A DNA stretch of 46,826 bases from an uncultured bacterium (GCA_964606555.1 CAZSGU010000003.1:1-46826); one strand, 5' to 3'. Positions 37,317 to 45,211 are shown, counted from the stretch's first letter. The notes: generated by a model not told the origin, from the letters alone. A program made the numbers and translations.

Positions 37317-37581
37317 TTTTACCTAATCTTTCCAATTCAGAGATTAAAAATTCTACGCTAATGCTACTTTCAAATAATTCTGCAGCCCTATAATAACCAT
37401 CTGTTTTGACAAATGCACTAATTATTGGTCCAAAAAATACCATAGTTTGGCTACCAATAAAATTTAATGGTTTTGCCATCTCAAAAAAGAAAATAGCAGG
37501 AGTTACCAACTTTAATTCTATAATTTTTTTAGCAATTCCTGTTAAAAAGTTTTTATCATCTACTGTTAGATTTTGAATCAT
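37309..37581 (-). CDS. Module gene 3: 90-aa hydrophobic microprotein
   Basis: The hydrophobic hairpin is LVTPAIFFFEMAKPLNFIGSQTMVFFGPIISAFV. It has an ATGA overlap with the upstream gene and an 8-nt overlap with the downstream gene. This supports it as a real coding gene despite its small size. Confidence 0.55.
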   Translation of the reverse strand: MIQNLTVDDKNFLTGIAKKIIELKLVTPAIFFFEMAKPLNFIGSQTMVFFGPIISAFVKTDGYYRAAELFESSISVEFLISELERLGKNG

Positions 37582-38699
37582 TGTAATTCAACCATCTCTA
37601 AGTTAGCTCTTGGAATCAAAAAGTTTTTACCATCAATTTCAATTTCTGCTACCCTCACCATTGTTTCAGATTCCATCTTATGTAATTTAGCTGGTAGAGA
37701 AGTAACGGTACCTATCTTTCCAAAATTTGGTGAACGAATTACTCTCACAATACTTCCCTCTTGAATCCCTTCTTGCACATTTGAAAATGAATCTTCACTA
37801 CTCTCATCTTTAAGTGGAATAACAATTTCTGGACGGATTACCCCAGCTCTTATTTGTGTTGCTCCATTAATAGATGCATCACTTCCATCATGTGATTTTA
37901 ATAAATCAAATGTTGCCTTACTCATTGGAATTGATCCATATCCTTCGGTAACAATAAGCGCTGTTTTTAATTTTTCAGTCCCAGTAATTGCAACACCTAA
38001 ATTATATCCTAATACTTCCTTTAAGTCATAATAATTAAATCCTCCAACAACTATCCCAGCAACATTACATGACATTGCTTTTTTATATGCATCTAAGCCC
38101 AAAAATGATCCTCCGATTAAAATTTTTCCAGCCATATCATTTGTAATCTTTTCTGCAGTTAATTCTTCAGATGGATTTTGAGAAACTAGTTGTAATGCCC
38201 CTTGTTTCTCTCCTGCAATACCAAAAATACCTTGGATAAAAGAAGCGCTAGAAGTTACTATAATTCCTTCATTTTGAATCACTTCTCCTACTTTACCGCT
38301 TACATAAGCATCTACCTCCACTGGAATTGGTGCTTCACGTAATACAACTCGCCCTGTACTATCTGAAATAGATTCAACAGTACCATCCACTGGAGATTCA
38401 ACAGATGATTTGAACATGCCTAGCAATCCTGCTGTTTCAGCAATTTTCTCACCTTTTTTAACACTGTCTCCTTCTTTGACAACCAAACAAGCTTTTACAT
38501 CTCTTGGTTCAATATTGAGGATATTATTTACTTTTAACATTTGAACATTTCCCGGAAGAGAAGTTGATGCTACAATCGTTTCTGGAGACAGTTTATCTCC
38601 TTGTTTTACTAAAACTTCTCCTTTCAATGGCAAAATTCTTTCTTTGCTAAACAATGTCTTTTTTAAAACCTTTAATCCTGGAGTATACGAATGTGCCAT
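37578..38699 (-). CDS. Module gene 2: soluble protein with a barrel-sandwich-hybrid (lipoyl/RnfC-N-like) N-terminus, a central alpha/beta domain and a KOW/SH3-like C-terminus; no named family
   Basis: 373 aa with no TM segment. The split hybrid motif is GEVLVKQGDKLSPETIVAS ... VVKEGDSVKKGEKIAE ... SPVDGTVESI. There is no biotin/lipoyl attachment Lys motif (no MKM). The C-terminus GSIVRVIRSPNFGKIGTV is KOW-like. Confidence 0.6.
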   Translation of the reverse strand: MAHSYTPGLKVLKKTLFSKERILPLKGEVLVKQGDKLSPETIVASTSLPGNVQMLKVNNILNIEPRDVKACLVVKEGDSVKKGEKIAETAGLLGMFKSSVESPVDGTVESISDSTGRVVLREAPIPVEVDAYVSGKVGEVIQNEGIIVTSSASFIQGIFGIAGEKQGALQLVSQNPSEELTAEKITNDMAGKILIGGSFLGLDAYKKAMSCNVAGIVVGGFNYYDLKEVLGYNLGVAITGTEKLKTALIVTEGYGSIPMSKATFDLLKSHDGSDASINGATQIRAGVIRPEIVIPLKDESSEDSFSNVQEGIQEGSIVRVIRSPNFGKIGTVTSLPAKLHKMESETMVRVAEIEIDGKNFLIPRANLEMVELQ

Positions 38700-40525
38700 T
38701 AGAACAAATCTCCTTTAGGATATTCATTAACCGCATCAGACCAATTAAGCAAATTTTGGATACGCTCTGAAGAATCTTTTGGTAGGTTAATTGGTCGATT
38801 TCTACCATCAAAAATTAATCCAACAACCCCTCCATAAATTGTAGAACTTAATGGCTCCCCTTTTCCAGCTCCTACATCAATACCTCTTGAAGGTTGTATT
38901 TCAATCTTTACTGGTTCATAAGGAACTTCCAGCATTTCTAAAGACCCTTCATTAATATCAATTTTCTTTGTTGAACCATCTTCAAAACTCAAAGAGATTT
39001 GGGCCATTTGAGACTTTGGTTTTGCCTTACCTATTGGTGTAATGCATGTCCCTAATCTAATTAAACAATCGTTATCAAAAACTTCTAAAGCTGCTTGGCT
39101 TGCATCGTCTTTCAATTCTTTGCTATCAATATTGGCTAAAACCCCCAATTGAGGCATCATAAAAATTGAATCCACTGCTAACTGTGTAATCCCTTCTGGC
39201 ATAAATGCATCAATAAGCATTCTAGCAGATTGTTGTCTACGAGGAGCATGTGACAACACTCCTCCGGATCCTACCAATAAATCCAATTCCATCATATTTA
39301 CAAGAGATTGTCCACTAGATGATTGTTCAAAAGCATCAGAAATTGTTCTTTCTGATTGAACACCTTTAAGACTCGTAGCAAATGCTTTATGCTGAATAAA
39401 TGAAAGCCTTAAAGCCTCTCTTGCAATTGCTTGTTCTACTACTAATTCTTCCAATGATTGCGGAACAGTGGTTGGACGAATCATCTTGTTTCCAATACGA
39501 TTTGTCAAATTGCTATGATCAATATCGAAAGGAACCCATCTTAAGACATTCTCTAAACCAGATTCAGCTAATACATTACAAATTGAATAACTCATCCCAA
39601 GATTAGCGCTTACAGTACGATTAAACTTCCCTTCAAACACTGAAAAAATATCTGTTGTTGCTCCACCAATATCAACTCCTACTACAGAAATATCTTCTTT
39701 TTTTGCAATCATTTCAATTAGAGATCCAACAGCTCCAGGTGTTGGCATAATTGGAGCATCTGTCCAAGACATTAGTTTTTTATATCCTGGCGCTTGTGCC
39801 ATCACATGCTCCATAAATAAATCATGAATTTTATCTCGAGAAGGTTCAAGATTCTCCTGCTCAAGAACTGGACGAATATTTTCCACAATATCTAAGTCTG
39901 AAATCTCACCCAATGTCTTTTGAATGTTGTCATGTGCCTTGTTATTACCAGCATAAATCACAGGTAATTTATAATTTTGACCAAGTCTAGGTCTAGGATT
40001 AGCAGCTGCTAATATTTCTGCTAATTCCATTACATGCGTTGTGGTTCCTCCGTCTGTACCACCTGATAGTAAAATCATATCAGGTCTTAGTTGGCGAATT
40101 CTAGTAATTTTTTCGTGAGGTAATCGACCATCATTGGATGCCAACACATCCATCACGATTGATCCAGCTCCTAAAGCAGCACGTTCTGCACTTTCACCAG
40201 ACATAGATTTTACCACTCCGGCTACCATCATTTGTAATCCACCGCCCGCAGAACTTGTGGATACATAAATATCAACCCCTTTTTCTCCATTATCAGGAGT
40301 AATAATTTTATCTCCATCAAGAATTGTTCTGCCAGACAATTCTTCTACTTCCATTACAGCATTCAAAACACCTTTGGTAACATCCTCGAAAGGAGCTTCT
40401 ACAGTCGTAGGAGCTTCTCCTCTAAATGTTAGACGATAACGATTGTCTTTCCATTCAATTAAAATTGCTTTTGTAGTTGTGCTACCACAATCTGTTGCTA
40501 ATATAGATTTGATTTTTTTACTCAT
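38699..40525 (-). CDS. Module gene 1: GlmL/MutL-type (glutamate-mutase-L / EutA-like) duplicated ASKHA-fold ATPase
   Basis: 608 aa. Two actin-fold phosphate-1 motifs are present: ILATDCGSTTTKAIL near the N-terminus and VVGVDIGGATTDIFSV mid-protein. LLSGGTDGGTTTHV and LLVGSGGVLSHAP are also present. Length and motif order match the GlmL/MutL family. Confidence 0.75.
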   Translation of the reverse strand: MSKKIKSILATDCGSTTTKAILIEWKDNRYRLTFRGEAPTTVEAPFEDVTKGVLNAVMEVEELSGRTILDGDKIITPDNGEKGVDIYVSTSSAGGGLQMMVAGVVKSMSGESAERAALGAGSIVMDVLASNDGRLPHEKITRIRQLRPDMILLSGGTDGGTTTHVMELAEILAAANPRPRLGQNYKLPVIYAGNNKAHDNIQKTLGEISDLDIVENIRPVLEQENLEPSRDKIHDLFMEHVMAQAPGYKKLMSWTDAPIMPTPGAVGSLIEMIAKKEDISVVGVDIGGATTDIFSVFEGKFNRTVSANLGMSYSICNVLAESGLENVLRWVPFDIDHSNLTNRIGNKMIRPTTVPQSLEELVVEQAIAREALRLSFIQHKAFATSLKGVQSERTISDAFEQSSSGQSLVNMMELDLLVGSGGVLSHAPRRQQSARMLIDAFMPEGITQLAVDSIFMMPQLGVLANIDSKELKDDASQAALEVFDNDCLIRLGTCITPIGKAKPKSQMAQISLSFEDGSTKKIDINEGSLEMLEVPYEPVKIEIQPSRGIDVGAGKGEPLSSTIYGGVVGLIFDGRNRPINLPKDSSERIQNLLNWSDAVNEYPKGDLF

Positions 40526-41169
40526 AAATATTGCCCAATAACATATAACAATGTTAGTGGAGATGTCAATATTAAAGAATCGACTCTATCCAATGCACCG
40601 CCATGCCCCATTAATAGACGAGACGAATCCTTTACATTTGCTTGTCGTTTTAAGAAAGATTCAAATAAATCACCTAAAAATCCAACAATGCTGAAGATTA
40701 ATACAAATATGCACTGGTCACCTATGCTGAGAGCAAAAACAAAGCGATCAAATAGCAATATAAACGCTATAGAACCCATCAGGCCACCGAATAGACCTGC
40801 ATAAGTTTTGTTTGGACTAATTGATGGCGCAATTTTCTTTCCACCAATCAAACTACCAAAAATGTACGCAAAGGTATCATTTAATGTCACTCCACAAAAC
40901 AACATAAGTGTAAAATAAGAATTTAACTCGTTATCGATACTGCGCAAAACAAGCAAAGACGAAAGACCAACACACACATAACAGATACCAAAAAAAGCCC
41001 AAAGAATAAAATTTCTATCTTTTGACCTCAAAGAAAGGAATTCTATGAAAGCCATTGTCATAAAAAATACTATAAAAAGCTTGAAAATCCACCCGCCAAT
41101 TAAGACAATCCATAGAGAGAGAGGAAGACCTATTAAATAAACGGGAAGCCTTGATTGAAGAGAACTCAT
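40522..41169 (-). CDS. cdsA: Phosphatidate cytidylyltransferase (CDP-diglyceride synthase), short form
   Basis: 215 aa and polytopic. The signature is SFLKRQANVKDSSRLLMGHGGALDRVDS (S..KR....KD.....PGHGG..DR.DS). Its TGA stop overlaps the ATG of the GlmL-like gene (ATGA). Confidence 0.85.
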   Translation of the reverse strand: MSSLQSRLPVYLIGLPLSLWIVLIGGWIFKLFIVFFMTMAFIEFLSLRSKDRNFILWAFFGICYVCVGLSSLLVLRSIDNELNSYFTLMLFCGVTLNDTFAYIFGSLIGGKKIAPSISPNKTYAGLFGGLMGSIAFILLFDRFVFALSIGDQCIFVLIFSIVGFLGDLFESFLKRQANVKDSSRLLMGHGGALDRVDSLILTSPLTLLYVIGQYL

Positions 41170-41194
41170 ATTAGAAGCTAAGAATAGTTCCTAA

Positions 41195-42085
41195 TTATAC
41201 CAAAAGCTTAATCGCTTTTGGAATTACTTCTGTGCTAATTTTACTACTTTTAACTAAATCTCCATCTAGGTTAAATAGAGATTCTCCCAAAGCATCAATT
41301 TTGAATGATTTCGCCTTCTCTATATGCACATATGGTAGTCGAACATGTTCTCCGCTAAACACCTTTGAAAATAGATTAATCAGTTGAAATCGATTTACAT
41401 CATTTTTAACAATCAATATATCTATTACTCCGTCGAAAAATCCTCCATCTGGAGCTGCTTTCATGCCTTTTCCAGTATACATGCTATTGCATCCCACTAT
41501 AAATGCACATGAAATATCAAATGTGGTGTTATTAATTGTCATTTTTGCATCATAAAATGATCGTTGCAACAATTTAATTATTGAGGCAACATCATAACGT
41601 ATTGTCCCCAAAAATCTTAATTTTTCGGCTAGAAGATTCCCGTAAGAAAACATTCCCCATCCTATAATGCTAATACTCAACCGTACTCCGTCATCAAAAA
41701 TAACCTTATTCACATCCATTAATTGAATATTGTTCTCTAAAGCTCTATCTATTGCATCATGATAATTAAGACAATCAATATCGTGCATAACTGAATTACC
41801 AGATCCAGTCGGAATAATGCCAAGGGGAAAATGAGTCAATAAATCTGCTTGATATAGTCCATTTACCGTCTCATTCACTGTCCCATCCCCTCCAAAAACT
41901 AATACCCTATCAAATTCATTTGGTTTTAGAGTAGAAACATATTCGGTAGCATGACCAGCATAACTTGTGGTAAATAATTTAGGAGAAAATCCCGCATTTA
42001 CTATCTTTTTCTCTACTTCATAGTATACTTTAAGTGATTTTTCTAACCCGCTGACAGGATTAACGATACAAAGAATAGATTTCAT
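41195..42085 (-). CDS. Diacylglycerol-kinase-catalytic-domain lipid kinase (YegS/BmrU/Rv2252 family)
   Basis: 296 aa. The N-terminus is ILCIVNPVSG, followed by the GGDGT motif (VLVFGGDGTVNETVNG) and IIPTGSGNS. Confidence 0.82.
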   Translation of the reverse strand: MKSILCIVNPVSGLEKSLKVYYEVEKKIVNAGFSPKLFTTSYAGHATEYVSTLKPNEFDRVLVFGGDGTVNETVNGLYQADLLTHFPLGIIPTGSGNSVMHDIDCLNYHDAIDRALENNIQLMDVNKVIFDDGVRLSISIIGWGMFSYGNLLAEKLRFLGTIRYDVASIIKLLQRSFYDAKMTINNTTFDISCAFIVGCNSMYTGKGMKAAPDGGFFDGVIDILIVKNDVNRFQLINLFSKVFSGEHVRLPYVHIEKAKSFKIDALGESLFNLDGDLVKSSKISTEVIPKAIKLLV

Positions 42086-42087
42086 AA

Positions 42088-42531
42088 TTATTTATAATAT
42101 TTATTATCACCAAGATTCAGTACATCAATACGAACCTTTGTTGTTCCTTGGTTAACAAATCCTAGTTTTTGTGCAGCTCTATATGATAAATCTAATATGC
42201 GACCTTTTGCAAACGGTCCTCTATCATTAATAATAACTTTAAGTGATTTTCCATTGCTTAGATTGGTTACTCGTATTTTTGTTCCCAAAGGTAGAGTTTT
42301 GTGCGCAGCGCTAACCCTATACATATTAAATTTTTGTCCATTTGCTGTTAATTTTCTATGAAATTCTTTTCCATAATACGAAGCAATCCCTATCTGAACC
42401 TTAGGATGGTCGCGTATCGCCTCAATTTGTTTCCGAGTCATTCCATCAGAATTAACATAATCACCATACGCAATACTTGGACCGCAACTTATCATTATAA
42501 GAGAGATTAGTAATATTATTCTAAGACGCAT
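42088..42531 (-). CDS. rlpA: Septal-ring lytic-transglycosylase-like lipoprotein RlpA (DPBB domain)
   Basis: The ORF is open up to 42573. The Met at 42531 gives a lipoprotein signal (MRLRIILLISLIMISCG). The DPBB core is GIASYYG..FH...TANG..F......AAHKTLPLGT...VTN..NGKS..V.INDRGPF...R..DLS..AA..LG. Confidence 0.82.
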   Translation of the reverse strand: MRLRIILLISLIMISCGPSIAYGDYVNSDGMTRKQIEAIRDHPKVQIGIASYYGKEFHRKLTANGQKFNMYRVSAAHKTLPLGTKIRVTNLSNGKSLKVIINDRGPFAKGRILDLSYRAAQKLGFVNQGTTKVRIDVLNLGDNKYYK

Positions 42532-43612
42532 GAGATAGTTTAGCATTAATTTGAGGAATTTTAAATGGATCATTTACTAACTGAGTTGCCATACCAATTA
42601 AGATTGCTCCTTTATCTCGTACAGCTTTTACTTGATTATAGTCCATGATTCCCCCTGTAGCAATTATTGGAATTTTAGAATTATTATGCACTAATTCAAC
42701 TCTCTTTAAAGTGTTTTCAAATAAAGCAATTCCACTTAATCCTCCACCTTCTTCTGAAAACTCATTAGCATTTAATCCAACCGATTGGGTTGATACATAC
42801 TTTGTATTCCCTACATTAATAGCACATTTTTCAGAATTAGAAAGTAATTCACATATATTTAGAACTTCTTCATCACTACTATCAGGAGATACTTTGACAA
42901 TAACTACATTTGAAGAAACAGATCGGATTGCTCTTATTAACGATGATAAATCTGCTAAATTATCGCTTAAACATTTTCCATCTTGTGTGTTTGGACAACT
43001 TATATTTACCTCATAGAAAACTTTTTTAAAATCTAAAGAATGTACTTTGAGATGTATCTTATTAAAAACATCTAAATATTCGTCTAAACTATTACCTCCA
43101 ATACTAATTCCTACAGGACGATCAAAAGACAATATTCGTTTATTATCAAAATTAGAAACGAAATATTCTAAACCTTTTGTTGGCAAACCCAACGAGTTAA
43201 TTAATCCGTAGTGTGAATTATATTGGATTTCCTGTATTCTAGGTCGTTTATTCCCTTCTGATGGAGCTTTTAGCACTGTTTTATATGTGATACCACCTAA
43301 ACCTAATAATTGCCACTGAAATAGTGCATCTATATCATCTTTAAAGGAAGCCGCAATTAGCGGTGAAGGAAACTTTAAATCAAATAACGAGACACCGATA
43401 TTTTTAGGAATAGAGAATTTAAAAAAATTGCGTAGCGGAGAGTTCATTAAACCACTATTTAAGCTATCTCCAATAATGATAGCTTGTTCTAAATCTCTAG
43501 GTCTTCGAGCACACAAATTAATTATTGTTCTTCTTATAAAACGATAATCTATTGATAATATCTTTGCTCTTGTGTTACTCAACATTAAGTGCTTCCAATC
43601 TTTTTTGAGCAA
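42521..43612 (-). CDS. Dihydroorotate-dehydrogenase-family FMN TIM-barrel flavoprotein with an N-terminal extension
   Basis: 363 aa. The segments are FPSPLIAASFKDD, GLGGITYKTV...P..GN.RPRI, NSLGLPTKG, NISCPNT, GGLSG and IIATGGI. An alternative start at 43585 is possible. Its ends overlap both neighbours. Confidence 0.7.
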   Translation of the reverse strand: MLKKDWKHLMLSNTRAKILSIDYRFIRRTIINLCARRPRDLEQAIIIGDSLNSGLMNSPLRNFFKFSIPKNIGVSLFDLKFPSPLIAASFKDDIDALFQWQLLGLGGITYKTVLKAPSEGNKRPRIQEIQYNSHYGLINSLGLPTKGLEYFVSNFDNKRILSFDRPVGISIGGNSLDEYLDVFNKIHLKVHSLDFKKVFYEVNISCPNTQDGKCLSDNLADLSSLIRAIRSVSSNVVIVKVSPDSSDEEVLNICELLSNSEKCAINVGNTKYVSTQSVGLNANEFSEEGGGLSGIALFENTLKRVELVHNNSKIPIIATGGIMDYNQVKAVRDKGAILIGMATQLVNDPFKIPQINAKLSHAS

Positions 43613-45197
43613 TTATTCCTTGATCTGAAGATGGATGTTTTTCTTTAATCCATTGATAATACACGATAGCACTGTCTTTCTGAGACAATTCATAGTCATA
43701 ATAATACGCTAGAAAATATGCTGCAATATTTGAAGATAATGTCGAGGAATCTTTGTCTAAAATCTGCCTATAGATATTTAAAGATTTCTTTTGGTCAGTA
43801 GCCCAAAGTGACTCAGCAGTTAAGAGAAGTGTTGACGGTTCATGATTAATATCTAATTGTTCATTTTCTATAATCATTTTTGCGTAATCTGATTGTGGAT
43901 ATTGTTCTAAAATTATTTCTTTATATTGATCACCCTCCAAGGCATTTTTTTTGTTATATATGGAATAAGAAGCAAATAAAGATTGTGTATAAAAATCTGA
44001 TTCTGCATGATTATTAATAATGATTTCAAAATAATCTAATGCTTCATAAGTGCTACCAATATCAAATGCTAAAATTTCTGCAATTGCATATAAAATTGAT
44101 GGATTATTAGAAATGTCTTCTTCTGAATCTTTAGTTAGTGCAATAATCTTATTCACCGAATCTCGTTTATTAGAAATAATAATTTTATAAGGAGAATTGA
44201 AATTTTGCTTCATTCCCTGATTCATAAAGAAATTTGCACGTTCAAAATCAATATTTGGGTTCTTAAGAAAGATATTTCCAAGCAAATAGTATGCTTCCAC
44301 CGAAACTTCAGTATTTTGATTGTCTTGGGCTACTTGATCCAAGCTCTGTATAGCAAAATCTAGGTTATTTCTGTCTAGTTCAATCTTTGCCAATTCTAGG
44401 CTTAATTTCCCTTTAATTGAGTTAAAATTTTCATCTAAGAGCAATTGTTCTATTCTTTTCTTAGCTTCATCAAGATCTCCTAATAAACGATACGTTTGAA
44501 TAATCTTTAGATTCGATTCTCGAATCCTTGAAACCGATATTGTGTTACTAAGAACATTTTTATAGTTATCAGATGCTTGTTGATACAATTCATTTCCATA
44601 GGATAATTCTGCCATCTGAAAATAAATTTGTTCTCTAGTTAGACGGTTGCTAGCAGTTTTTGCCCCACGATCTAAGAATTGAAACGCAGAATCCGGTCGA
44701 TCAATTTCAAGATAAATTTCACCTAACGCTAAGTATATACGAGATTCTAAATCTACCAATTCAGTTTCATCCAACAAATCTTTCAAGTCATTAATAGCTG
44801 GTTGAGGTCTAAAATCTTTCCATTTACATAATGCTAACCAATATTTTGTTTCATTTTGAAAGAAAACTTCTTCAGAATCCTTTAATTGATTAAATACTTC
44901 TTTTGCACTATCATATTCATTTTTAAAGAAATGAGATCTTCCCTTTAATAGTAATGCATCTTGTACATATTTACTATCACCATACTCTGTCAGTACTTTT
45001 TCAGATTTTTCAATTGCGCTTTGATATTCCTGAATAGCTTTTGAAGGTAGTTTATTTCCAAAATTTTCCATCCGTATTTTTTCTGCCATCTGATAGTGTT
45101 CTTGCGCATTATAAAAAGTATTGAAATAGGCACAGGCCTGGAGAAAAACCAAAAGACATAAGGATTTAATTATTTTTGAATTAAATTCAGATATCAT
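43575..45197 (-). CDS. TPR-repeat lipoprotein; first gene of the long minus-strand array
   Basis: 540 aa. The signal peptide carries a lipobox (LCLLVFLQAC). TPR-like units recur along the whole length. Confidence 0.7.
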   Translation of the reverse strand: MISEFNSKIIKSLCLLVFLQACAYFNTFYNAQEHYQMAEKIRMENFGNKLPSKAIQEYQSAIEKSEKVLTEYGDSKYVQDALLLKGRSHFFKNEYDSAKEVFNQLKDSEEVFFQNETKYWLALCKWKDFRPQPAINDLKDLLDETELVDLESRIYLALGEIYLEIDRPDSAFQFLDRGAKTASNRLTREQIYFQMAELSYGNELYQQASDNYKNVLSNTISVSRIRESNLKIIQTYRLLGDLDEAKKRIEQLLLDENFNSIKGKLSLELAKIELDRNNLDFAIQSLDQVAQDNQNTEVSVEAYYLLGNIFLKNPNIDFERANFFMNQGMKQNFNSPYKIIISNKRDSVNKIIALTKDSEEDISNNPSILYAIAEILAFDIGSTYEALDYFEIIINNHAESDFYTQSLFASYSIYNKKNALEGDQYKEIILEQYPQSDYAKMIIENEQLDINHEPSTLLLTAESLWATDQKKSLNIYRQILDKDSSTLSSNIAAYFLAYYYDYELSQKDSAIVYYQWIKEKHPSSDQGIIAQKRLEALNVE

Positions 45198-45211
45198 AGA
45201 CAGAAGTTACA

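Noticed and set aside
36424-37764. Short plus-strand ORFs (60-68 aa) opposite the module genes
   Set aside because: They are antisense to the tightly coupled minus-strand module ORFs. They have no ribosome-binding sites or motifs.
37578-40525. Possibility that this is a glutamate mutase (glmS-glmL-glmE) or lysine/ornithine aminomutase operon
   Set aside because: The 373-aa neighbour has no B12-binding DxHxxG motif or mutase TIM-barrel features. It is too small for GlmE/KamD, and no small B12-binding subunit ORF is present. Only the GlmL-like component is there.
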